DNA of 64,000 nt from Patescibacteria group bacterium (GTDB lineage: Bacteria > Patescibacteriota > JABMPQ01): NCBI GenBank assembly GCA_041749335.1, contig JBGTBM010000009.1, positions 179 through 64,178 on the forward strand. The letters run 5' to 3'. Every line of letters starts with the position of its first letter. Position 1 is the stretch's first letter. The position numbers and the translations under genes are program-made. Of this stretch, positions 1 through 7,223 are shown in pieces. Under the pieces are notes generated by a model. The model did not search any database and was not told the DNA's origin. It was given only the letters and a program-made list of their open reading frames with translations.

Positions 1-495
1 TCAAATGTTGCTATTTCATACATTGGAACTGGTTACGGCGTTGCACTCCCTGGTACCGTATCTGGTCCAAATTGGACATTTGGAACACCTTTCAGTTTTA
101 CAGATAGCACAACTACTGATATATCCATGGAAGCCTTAAGCAGTACTTTAGTTGCTTTTGCTTATAAAGATGGAGGAACAAGTAGTGGATTATTTAAATA
201 TGGAACACTATCTGGAGGTTTCTTCGGATATAGTTCTTCGTCGACTTATAATTCAGATTCTTCCACTTTAAATGATATAGTTGCTTTAAACAGTACAGAT
301 TTTACTATTGCATATTTTGATGGTGGAACAAATCCATCCACTGGTGGTGTTGCTATTTTTGGAGAACTTCAAGAAGAGGGTGAATCATCTATTCCCGAAC
401 TTCCCGGAAATACTTTATGGAAAGTACTGATCGCTGTTCTAGCTCTTGGCCTGGTGGTCGGTGTAGCAGCATTCTTGAAGAAGAAAAAAGCATAG
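1..495 (+). CDS. Ser/Thr/Gly-rich surface protein, C-terminal part (5' truncated by the window), with PEF/PEP-CTERM-like sorting tail
   Basis: Frame is open from base 1 (SNVAISYIGTGYGVALPGTVSGPNWTFG...). It ends SIPELPG + hydrophobic helix (VLIAVLALGLVVGVAAFL) + KKKKA. Confidence 0.8.
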   Translation, partial: SNVAISYIGTGYGVALPGTVSGPNWTFGTPFSFTDSTTTDISMEALSSTLVAFAYKDGGTSSGLFKYGTLSGGFFGYSSSSTYNSDSSTLNDIVALNSTDFTIAYFDGGTNPSTGGVAIFGELQEEGESSIPELPGNTLWKVLIAVLALGLVVGVAAFLKKKKA

Positions 496-524
496 ATTAA
501 ACGAATTTAACGGATTTCGATACT

Positions 525-558
525 AAAACACCTCGTTATTAAGCGAGGTGTTTTTTTG
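525..558 (+). terminator. Rho-independent terminator
   Basis: AAAACACCTCG-8 nt loop-CGAGGTGTTTT followed by a T run, 30 bp after the stop codon. Confidence 0.85.
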
Positions 559-573
559 TTAATGATTTAAATT

Positions 574-601
574 GTAGGGGCAACTCGCGAGTTGCCCCTA
601 C
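574..601. repeat. GTAG-type REP-like perfect palindrome
   Basis: GTAGGGGCAACTCGCGAGTTGCCCCTAC is its own reverse complement (28 bp) and has a GTAG foot at both ends. Confidence 0.8.
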
Positions 602-649
602 GCGAATAAAATATCCCTGCCGGTTGAATAAATAAATAATATAATAAAA

Positions 650-672
650 GTAGGGCAGGATCTTATCCTGCC
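650..672 (+). repeat. GTAG-type REP-like hairpin
   Basis: GTAG + GGCAGGAT-CTT-ATCCTGCC (8 bp perfect stem). Confidence 0.7.
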
Positions 673-702
673 ATTTTAGAAGAGATTAGCAACTTAAGAG
701 AA

Positions 703-863
703 CGTTATTGTGATCTCGCTTAGCTGGAGAAGCCTGCCCGCCGAAGGCGAGTAATCCCAGTAATAAATCCACGAGATTGCTTCACTCCCCTTGGTCGTTC
801 GCAATTACATTTTCTATTCACGTCATTGCGAGCCCCGACGTTACGTCGGGACGAAGCAATTTC
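703..863. repeat. Cluster of CGTCATTGCGAG...GAAGCAAT-type (CGTC family) REP-like units
   Basis: Forward unit 821-863 CGTCATTGCGAG-CCCCGACGTTACGTCGGGAC-GAAGCAATTTC, inverted unit 773-808 GAGATTGCTTC...TCGCAATTAC, and a degenerate forward unit at 703-758. Confidence 0.7.
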
Positions 864-897
864 TTGTGAATTTATAATTACATGAAAATATATTAAT

Positions 898-916
898 CCC
901 TGAGCTTGTCAAAGAG
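898..916 (+). repeat. Degenerate CCCTGAGCTTGTCGAAGG-type short repeat
   Basis: CCCTGAGCTTGTCAAAGAG resembles a widespread small bacterial repeat (recalled consensus). Only one copy is present here. Confidence 0.4.
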
Positions 917-1170
917 TTAAATTTAAATAGAATATAATTTTTAATAAGACATTTGAATATATTTGACACTTATTATTATATATTATGTAATATATGTTAG
1001 TTAGGGGAGTATATTGTGTTTAATTTATTTGATATTTATCTATTCGTCCATCTATAAAGCGGGGTAGTGACATATAAAATAAGTTTATAATTTAATAACA
1101 AATAGCGTGGAATTGAGTACAAATCCGGAAAAATAATTTTTTATATAATTTAACTTATTTATTATATATA

Positions 1171-1198
1171 GGTTCGCATAACATACATTGTGCGACGT
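1171..1198. other. Putative dif-like Xer recombination site
   Basis: GGTTCGCATAA-CATACA-TTGTGCGACGT has 11-6-11 architecture. The left arm is one mismatch from the E. coli XerC arm GGTGCGCATAA, and the minus-strand spacer TGTATG compares with E. coli TGTATA. It lies in a long AT-rich intergenic region. Confidence 0.65.
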
Positions 1199-1351
1199 GT
1201 ACTTATTCTACTGATAACCTCTTTCCTCTATTATTATGGCTTTAGTTTTAGGAATATTAAACACTTTCTAGGTCATAATATACCCATAAACTAATAAATT
1301 TTATTGATAATTTGTATATATCCCCCGAATTAACAAATTTCTATGACTTAA

Positions 1352-1380
1352 TTGACATAATTTAATTATATTGCTAAATT
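1352..1380 (+). promoter_or_regulatory. sigma70-type promoter
   Basis: TTGACA-17 bp-TAAATT with an extended -10 TG. Confidence 0.6.
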
Positions 1381-1429
1381 ATGATGTTCTTTGAAAATAA
1401 TTGTTTTCAGGCTCTTCAGGAGGCGGAAA

Positions 1430-2113
1430 ATGGCCAAACCGGAAAATCTATCATATTTAAATTATGTATTGTTGGTAAAATCAATGGGACATAAGGATAA
1501 TTATCGAGTTTGGAATTCATTTGCAAAAAAATTCTTGGCGACTCACAACGGCCATTATATTAAATTAACTTACATGAATTTCGAAGACTTTGATTTGCGC
1601 AATGCTGATTTAAGATGTGTTGATTTCACCGGCAGTCGACTAGTTAATTGTAACTTATCCGGCACCAGTTCAGCATTAAAAAATCTCACCGGTAGTATTT
1701 TTGATTACGGTGACCTCAGAAGCGCCAATCTTTCCCATGCGTTGCTGGCCGAAGCTTCATTCATTAGCGCCACTTTAATTGATGCAAACGGGTCTGACCC
1801 TGCTCAGCTTAAAAACGCCGTGATGAATAATTCCAATTGGGAACGAGCACGTGTGACTTCAGATCAGCTATCATTGACTCACATCCACGGAGTCAAGAAC
1901 ATTAATCCTGAAACTGCCAAAGAAATTGTTACGGCGCTTTATCAAAGCCTAATCAAAAAAGATAAGGCAAAAAAACCGGAACAGGCGGTTCACATCACTC
2001 AGGAGTCGCAGGGTAGCCCTAATGTTCTGGTATCAGGAGAAATTATTGGCCACGATACCCCCCTGCCGTCACCTTCCCCATTCGTACAACCCATCCCGAA
2101 AGAAAGCCAATAA
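1430..2113 (+). CDS. Pentapeptide repeat protein
   Basis: Repeats such as FDLRN-ADLRC-VDFTG-SRLVN-CNLSG and GDLRS-ANLSH-ALLAE-ASFIS-ATLID. Start moved to ATG 1430, which follows AGGAGG at 1418-1423. Confidence 0.8.
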   Translation: MAKPENLSYLNYVLLVKSMGHKDNYRVWNSFAKKFLATHNGHYIKLTYMNFEDFDLRNADLRCVDFTGSRLVNCNLSGTSSALKNLTGSIFDYGDLRSANLSHALLAEASFISATLIDANGSDPAQLKNAVMNNSNWERARVTSDQLSLTHIHGVKNINPETAKEIVTALYQSLIKKDKAKKPEQAVHITQESQGSPNVLVSGEIIGHDTPLPSPSPFVQPIPKESQ

Positions 2114-2137
2114 GTTTACGCGCGTTCTTTAATACAT

Positions 2138-2170
2138 AAATGACCAGTCTGATTTACTGGCCATTTTTTT
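2138..2170 (+). terminator. Rho-independent terminator
   Basis: AAATGACCAGT / ACTGGCCATTT stem plus T run, between convergent genes. Confidence 0.7.
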
Positions 2171-2191
2171 TATTAAATTTATATAATTTTA

Positions 2192-2581
2192 CTATTTTTT
2201 ACTCTGATAATCATCAATAGCCGCTTTAATTGCTTCTTCGGCTAAATTTGAACAATGCTCTTTAATAGGAGGAAGTCCGCCCAGTTGATGTGAAACATCT
2301 TTATTGGTAATTTCCAGGGCTTCTTCTATAGTTTTACCTTTGGCTAAATCAGTGACCATTGATGATGTTGCAATGGCCGCGGCGCATCCCATAGTTTCAA
2401 ATTTTATATCCGCAATATATTCTTTGTTGCCTTTTTTATCAACTTTAATATAAAGCTTCATCATATCTCCGCATGTAGGATTTCCCACCTCTCCAATACC
2501 ATCAGCATCTTTAATTGATCCCATATTATGAGGATCCTGAAAATGTTTAATTACTTCTTTTGAATATAAACTATTTATCAT
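2192..2581 (-). CDS. iscU: Fe-S cluster scaffold IscU/NifU-N
   Basis: YSKEVIKHFQDPHNMG, GNPTCGD, GCAAAIA and LPPIKEHCS (three Cys ligands). Confidence 0.95.
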   Translation of the reverse strand: MINSLYSKEVIKHFQDPHNMGSIKDADGIGEVGNPTCGDMMKLYIKVDKKGNKEYIADIKFETMGCAAAIATSSMVTDLAKGKTIEEALEITNKDVSHQLGGLPPIKEHCSNLAEEAIKAAIDDYQSKK

Positions 2582-2624
2582 AATTTTTCATTATTTATTA
2601 TTTTTATTAAGCAAAACCTATTAA

Positions 2625-3806
2625 TTATTTTATCGGCGACATTTTGCGCAACTTCACAATAATATTAGGTAATACCTTCATTACTTTGTCAATATCTTTA
2701 TCCGTATTATTTTTACCAAAACTAAATCTAATGCTGCCGTGCGCTTTATCTTTGCTGATTCCCATCGCAATTAACACATGCGAAGGTTGAAGCGTTCCGG
2801 AAGTGCAGGCAGAGCCGGTTGATACCGCGATTCCGGCAAAATCCAAATTTAGCAAAATACTCTCCCCTTCAATTTTATCAAACCTGATGTTGGCTATATT
2901 GGGCAAGCTTTTTTCAATACTTCCATTCAAATAAGTATTTGGTATGGCGGAAAAGACACGATCAATTAAACTTTTTTTTAATTTTAAAGTATGTTGATAA
3001 AGCTTTTTCTGATCTTTCTTAATCAGTGAAATTGCCTCCCCCAGCCCGACAATTCCGGGTACATTTAATGTGCCGGCTCGCTTATTATACTCCTGATGTC
3101 CGCCTTGCTGCATCTTTTCAATTTTGGTTCCGGCCTTAACGTAAAGCGCCCCTACTCCTTTTGGTCCATAGAATTTATGCGCAGACAACGACATTAAGTC
3201 AACATTGTAAATTTCCGGACGGCAATCCAAATACTGGATAGCTTGAACAGCATCGGTATGAAATATAATTTTATTTTTTCGAGATTGATTGGCTTTTTCA
3301 ATAATTTTTCCGGCTTTTTTAATGGGCTGAATCGATCCCACTTCGTTATTGGCAAACATTATACTTACTAAAACCGTATTTTCTTTAATACTTTGCTCTA
3401 ATTCCTTTATATCAACTATTCCATCACGATTGACTTTCAAATAAGTAACATCCACCCCATTTCTTTCTAAATATTGGCATGTTTCAAGCACTGCCAAATG
3501 TTCAATCGCCGTGGTTATTATGTGAGGTTTTTTCAATCCGCATGCTTTAATAACGCCCTTGATAGATAAATTATTGCTTTCTGTTGCACCGGAAGTAAAA
3601 ACAATTTCGGAAGTCTTGCAATCTAAAAATTCAGCTAATTTTTCTCTGGCTTCATCTACCGCGATTATCCCCTCTTGCCCAATAGTATGGATAGAAGCCG
3701 GATTCCCAAATTTTTCGGTAAAATAAGGCAGCATTTTTTCTAAAACGGCTCGGTCCACCGGCGTGGTAGCGCTATGATCTAAATATATTTTTTTTTGATT
3801 ATTCAT
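2625..3806 (-). CDS. iscS: Cysteine desulfurase
   Basis: YLDHSATTP, FTSGATES, HTDAVQ, SAHKFYGPKG (PLP Lys) and STGSACTS (catalytic Cys). Confidence 0.95.
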   Translation of the reverse strand: MNNQKKIYLDHSATTPVDRAVLEKMLPYFTEKFGNPASIHTIGQEGIIAVDEAREKLAEFLDCKTSEIVFTSGATESNNLSIKGVIKACGLKKPHIITTAIEHLAVLETCQYLERNGVDVTYLKVNRDGIVDIKELEQSIKENTVLVSIMFANNEVGSIQPIKKAGKIIEKANQSRKNKIIFHTDAVQAIQYLDCRPEIYNVDLMSLSAHKFYGPKGVGALYVKAGTKIEKMQQGGHQEYNKRAGTLNVPGIVGLGEAISLIKKDQKKLYQHTLKLKKSLIDRVFSAIPNTYLNGSIEKSLPNIANIRFDKIEGESILLNLDFAGIAVSTGSACTSGTLQPSHVLIAMGISKDKAHGSIRFSFGKNNTDKDIDKVMKVLPNIIVKLRKMSPIK

Positions 3807-6180
3807 AATTTAATAATTTTTTTATTCTTACGGTATTTTTTATAAATTCTTTGTATTTTTTGTCGGGAAGTTCTTTTAGTACTATCCGATATTCGTTTAA
3901 CTCTTTTCCCATCGATAACTGTCGTTCCGATTTATATTTTCTTACCTCCGCTATCGCCGCAACGGCTTTCTCAAATTCATTTATAGTTTTATCGTCAAAA
4001 TTCCACTTCTTATTTATCTCAGGCCATTGAGATAAATGAATGCTTTTATCCCCTTCTGTTTTTTTGTAAAACATTTGATATATTTCTTCCGTTATGAATG
4101 GTAATATTGGAGCATATAGCTTTATTATTGTCAACATTAAATAATATAAGGAATGTCGAGCCGCGTTCTTTGATTCTTCCATCTTCGGATCTTCACTATA
4201 TAAACGATATTTAATAAATTCCAAATAATTATCGGTAAAATCTCCCCAAAAGAACTCATCAATTATATCTCTAGCTTTTGAATAACTATATTGTTCGTAA
4301 CTGTCAGTCGCTTCCTTGATTGTTTGATTTAACTTAAATAAAACCCATTTATCCGCATCCTCTAAATTAACTTTCGCTTTATTTAAATCAATCTCGCTTA
4401 AATGCGACCAGGTAAATTTAGAAGCGTTCCAAAGCTTTGTAACCGTACGTTTTCCCTTTTGGATTTCCTGCTCATTGTAGCGCATATTTTCGCCTAATTT
4501 TGCGCCGGTAGCCCAATATCTAAGCGCATCTGAACCATATTGTTTCAATATAATATTGGGATCCTTAAAATTTCCCAAACTCTTTGATATTTTTCTGCCT
4601 TTATCGTCCAAACCATGACCGGATATCATCACATCCTCAAACGGCAGTTGATTGTGGTGGTAATATGATTTTACTACGGTATAAAATAACCAAGTCCTGA
4701 TTATTTCAAAGGCTTGAGGCCGAAGCGTCGCCGGATATAGTTTCATTTGAACACTTTTCTTATTCACTAGCTTGGAAGCAATGAGAGGAGTTAAAGATGA
4801 TGTCATCCAGGTATCCATCACTTGCTTTTCCGGTATAAAATCATTGGATCCGCACTGGCACTTTTCTTTAGGTTTATCCACAGTCGGATCAACCGGCAAG
4901 TCTTTTTCTTCCGGCAGCATTTCTCTACCGCATTGTTTACAATACCATACCGGAAAAGGCACGCCGTAATATCTATCGCGTGAAATGCACCAATCCCATT
5001 TCAAAGCCTCTACCCAATCCCCATACCTTCTTTTCATGCTATCCGGAAACCAATTAAGCTTCTCTCCTTGCTTTAAAAATTTGGCTTTATTGCTTAAAAT
5101 ATCAATAAACCATTGCTTGGTAATAATAAACTCGGCCGGGGTGCCACAACGATCATGGGTATTCATGACATGGCTGATATCCACCTGTTTGATCAGTAGT
5201 TTTTGCTTCTGTAAGTCAGCTATAATCTGTTCCCGCGCCTTCATCAGCTCCAACCCGGCGTATTTTCCCGCCAGATCAGTTAATTTTCCTGCTTCGTTAA
5301 CTATTTTCCTGGTATCGAGCTTATATTCCTTCCACTTTCTGACATCTTCTGCATCTCCCCAAGTGCAAACCATCATTAATCCCGTGCCAAATTCCATATC
5401 CACGCTTTCCTCGCTTAAAATCGGCACCTGATGATTGAAAATCGGCACTGTTGCTTTCTTTCCTATTAATTCCTTATATCTTTTATCTTCGGGATTTACA
5501 AACAAAGCCACACAGGCAGGCAGCAGTTCAGGCCGTGTAGTCGCAATTACAAATTTGTTTTTATCCCCTCCTCCAAATTGAATATAGTTTAACTTGCTTT
5601 TTTCTTCTTTATCATCCAAATCGGCTTGGGCAAGCGCTGTCTGGCATTTTGGGCACCAATAAATCGGCTCTTCTTTTCTCTGCACTTTACTTTTTTTATA
5701 TAGATCTAAAAACGACCACTGGGATATTTTCCGGCTATGCTCATTGATTGTGCTATATGTTTTTGTCCAATCCACCGATATCCCCAGAGCAGTCCATAAA
5801 TCACGGTAGTTTTGAGCGCCAATTTTTGTTTCCTGCAAGCACAGCTTAATGAATTCATCTCTTTTTACCCGCGATTTATCAATATTATATTTTTTTTCCA
5901 CATATCTTTCGGTAGGCAGCCCATTATCATCAAAACCCATTGGATAATAAACATTAAATCCCTGCATTCTTTTATACCGAACGACAAATTCCGCCTGTGA
6001 ATAGCTCATAATATGCCCGGCGTGTAAATGAGCGGCGGATACATATGGCGGCGGCGTATCCACTGAAAATATTTCTTTCTCGGAATTCTCGTCGAATTTA
6101 TAAATATTCTCTTTTTCCCAATACTCCTGCCAATATTTCTCACGCTCCTGGAAGTTATAATTTTTTGCGATTGCTTGCAT
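3799..6180 (-). CDS. valS: Valine--tRNA ligase (archaeal-type, short form)
   Basis: DTPPPY..HLHAGH, GFDDNGLPTER, ATTRPEL, DWCISR, VMDTW, LRPQAFEIIRTW, KISKSLGN. Start moved to MQAIAK at 6180 to remove the overlap with the upstream gene. Confidence 0.93.
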   Translation of the reverse strand: MQAIAKNYNFQEREKYWQEYWEKENIYKFDENSEKEIFSVDTPPPYVSAAHLHAGHIMSYSQAEFVVRYKRMQGFNVYYPMGFDDNGLPTERYVEKKYNIDKSRVKRDEFIKLCLQETKIGAQNYRDLWTALGISVDWTKTYSTINEHSRKISQWSFLDLYKKSKVQRKEEPIYWCPKCQTALAQADLDDKEEKSKLNYIQFGGGDKNKFVIATTRPELLPACVALFVNPEDKRYKELIGKKATVPIFNHQVPILSEESVDMEFGTGLMMVCTWGDAEDVRKWKEYKLDTRKIVNEAGKLTDLAGKYAGLELMKAREQIIADLQKQKLLIKQVDISHVMNTHDRCGTPAEFIITKQWFIDILSNKAKFLKQGEKLNWFPDSMKRRYGDWVEALKWDWCISRDRYYGVPFPVWYCKQCGREMLPEEKDLPVDPTVDKPKEKCQCGSNDFIPEKQVMDTWMTSSLTPLIASKLVNKKSVQMKLYPATLRPQAFEIIRTWLFYTVVKSYYHHNQLPFEDVMISGHGLDDKGRKISKSLGNFKDPNIILKQYGSDALRYWATGAKLGENMRYNEQEIQKGKRTVTKLWNASKFTWSHLSEIDLNKAKVNLEDADKWVLFKLNQTIKEATDSYEQYSYSKARDIIDEFFWGDFTDNYLEFIKYRLYSEDPKMEESKNAARHSLYYLMLTIIKLYAPILPFITEEIYQMFYKKTEGDKSIHLSQWPEINKKWNFDDKTINEFEKAVAAIAEVRKYKSERQLSMGKELNEYRIVLKELPDKKYKEFIKNTVRIKKLLNYE

Positions 6181-6209
6181 AATTATTAAAATTTTTATAA
6201 TTAATATTT

Positions 6210-6776
6210 TTATTCTACGTCCAGCCCCGGACAATTAGCCGCGGGCTCTAATCCTGCCGCTTGTGCTTCTTCAACGCTGTCAAAATATACTTTATTTTCC
6301 TCTTTTATTCTATTTGCACCGCTGCATGATGGTAAGTAATATTTTGTTCCGTTTTTGGATGCCACATATTTACCGGTTTCAGAATCAGTATTACTATCTT
6401 CATCCTCCACCGCTGCATCTTCTGTGGATTGATACTCTTGATAACCTTGTCCCTCTGCATCTTCCTTGGTATCAAACCAAATTAATTTACTTTCACCAAT
6501 TTCGGCGATCTTGGCTTGAGTGGCCAGATAATACACACTTCCTTGCAGACTGCCGACATATTTACCTAATATTTCAGCATCGATGGCCTGATCATTATTG
6601 GAAGCTTCAACTTTTTGCGATAAAATTTCATCGTTTTCATATATATTTATTGGCACTTCTCTCTCAATTTTTGAATATCTGCCCGCGCCAAAACTAACAA
6701 TTCCAACTAAAACCACAAATACCGCCTTAAACATTTTATCTTGGTGTTTTTGAAAAAAGGCTTTAATTTTATCCAA
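6210..6776 (-). CDS. Membrane-anchored protein with tandem Ada-like metal-binding domains
   Basis: N-terminal TM helix. Two copies of GKYV(G/A)S..G..YY....(I/K)..F...E.A...G; the second keeps Cys (LPSC...AANC). Confidence 0.7.
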   Translation of the reverse strand: MDKIKAFFQKHQDKMFKAVFVVLVGIVSFGAGRYSKIEREVPINIYENDEILSQKVEASNNDQAIDAEILGKYVGSLQGSVYYLATQAKIAEIGESKLIWFDTKEDAEGQGYQEYQSTEDAAVEDEDSNTDSETGKYVASKNGTKYYLPSCSGANRIKEENKVYFDSVEEAQAAGLEPAANCPGLDVE

Positions 6777-6818
6777 AATATTAAAAATAAATTAATTTAT
6801 TTAATCTTATCACTGATA

Positions 6819-6847
6819 TTGACAATATTCAATACTTGGCTTAAGAT
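6819..6847 (+). promoter_or_regulatory. sigma70-type promoter of rpmA
   Basis: TTGACA-17 bp-TAAGAT, ending 34 bp upstream of the ATG. Confidence 0.65.
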
Positions 6848-6881
6848 AATTATATATTTATTTAACTGATAAATTAAACGT

Positions 6882-7166
6882 ATGGCGCATAGAAAAGCTG
6901 GTGGGTCTACTTCTCTAGGGCGAGATTCACAATCAAAAAGACTGGGAATTAAGTTATCCAGCGGACAATTTGCTAAAACCGGCTGTATTATAATTACCCA
7001 AAGAGGCACTAAATATCATCCTGGCATTAATGTTAAAAGAGGTAAAAACGATTCTTTATTTGCTATGACCGAAGGGCTAGTTGAATTCAAAAGAAAAAAG
7101 GTTAAGAAATTTAATGGTAATTTGGCAGAAACTTGTTTTGTTAATATAATTCCCAAGTCTAAATAA
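6882..7166 (+). CDS. rpmA: 50S ribosomal protein L27
   Basis: MAHRKAGGSTSLGRDSQSKRLGIK...QRGTKYHPG. Confidence 0.98.
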   Translation: MAHRKAGGSTSLGRDSQSKRLGIKLSSGQFAKTGCIIITQRGTKYHPGINVKRGKNDSLFAMTEGLVEFKRKKVKKFNGNLAETCFVNIIPKSK

Positions 7167-7169
7167 TTT

Positions 7170-7206
7170 AAAAAAAGGACAATTTGTAAATATATTGTCT
7201 TTTTTT
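7170..7206. terminator. Bidirectional terminator between rpmA and pyrG
   Basis: A7-GGACAAT...ATTGTCT-T run between convergent genes. Confidence 0.65.
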
Positions 7207-7223
7207 ATTTCTAAATTAATCAG

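Noticed and set aside
391-495. LPXTG sortase substrate
   Set aside because: The motif is LPGNT, not LPxTG. The IPE(L)P placement fits PEF/PEP-CTERM-like tails better.
560-920. CRISPR array or tRNA in the palindrome-rich intergenic region
   Set aside because: No identical direct repeats at regular spacing, no cas genes, and no cloverleaf or T-loop motif.
963-1057. TTGACA-17-TGTAAT promoter, GGGGAG and a 13-codon GTG ORF (MFNLFDIYLFVHL)
   Set aside because: Too short, weak -10 and no recognisable homology. It cannot be told apart from chance in AT-rich DNA.
6181-6234. N-terminal extension of ValRS given in the ORF track
   Set aside because: It overlaps the upstream gene's 3' end and an AT-rich spacer. 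ATG 6180 gives a normal ValRS N-terminus.
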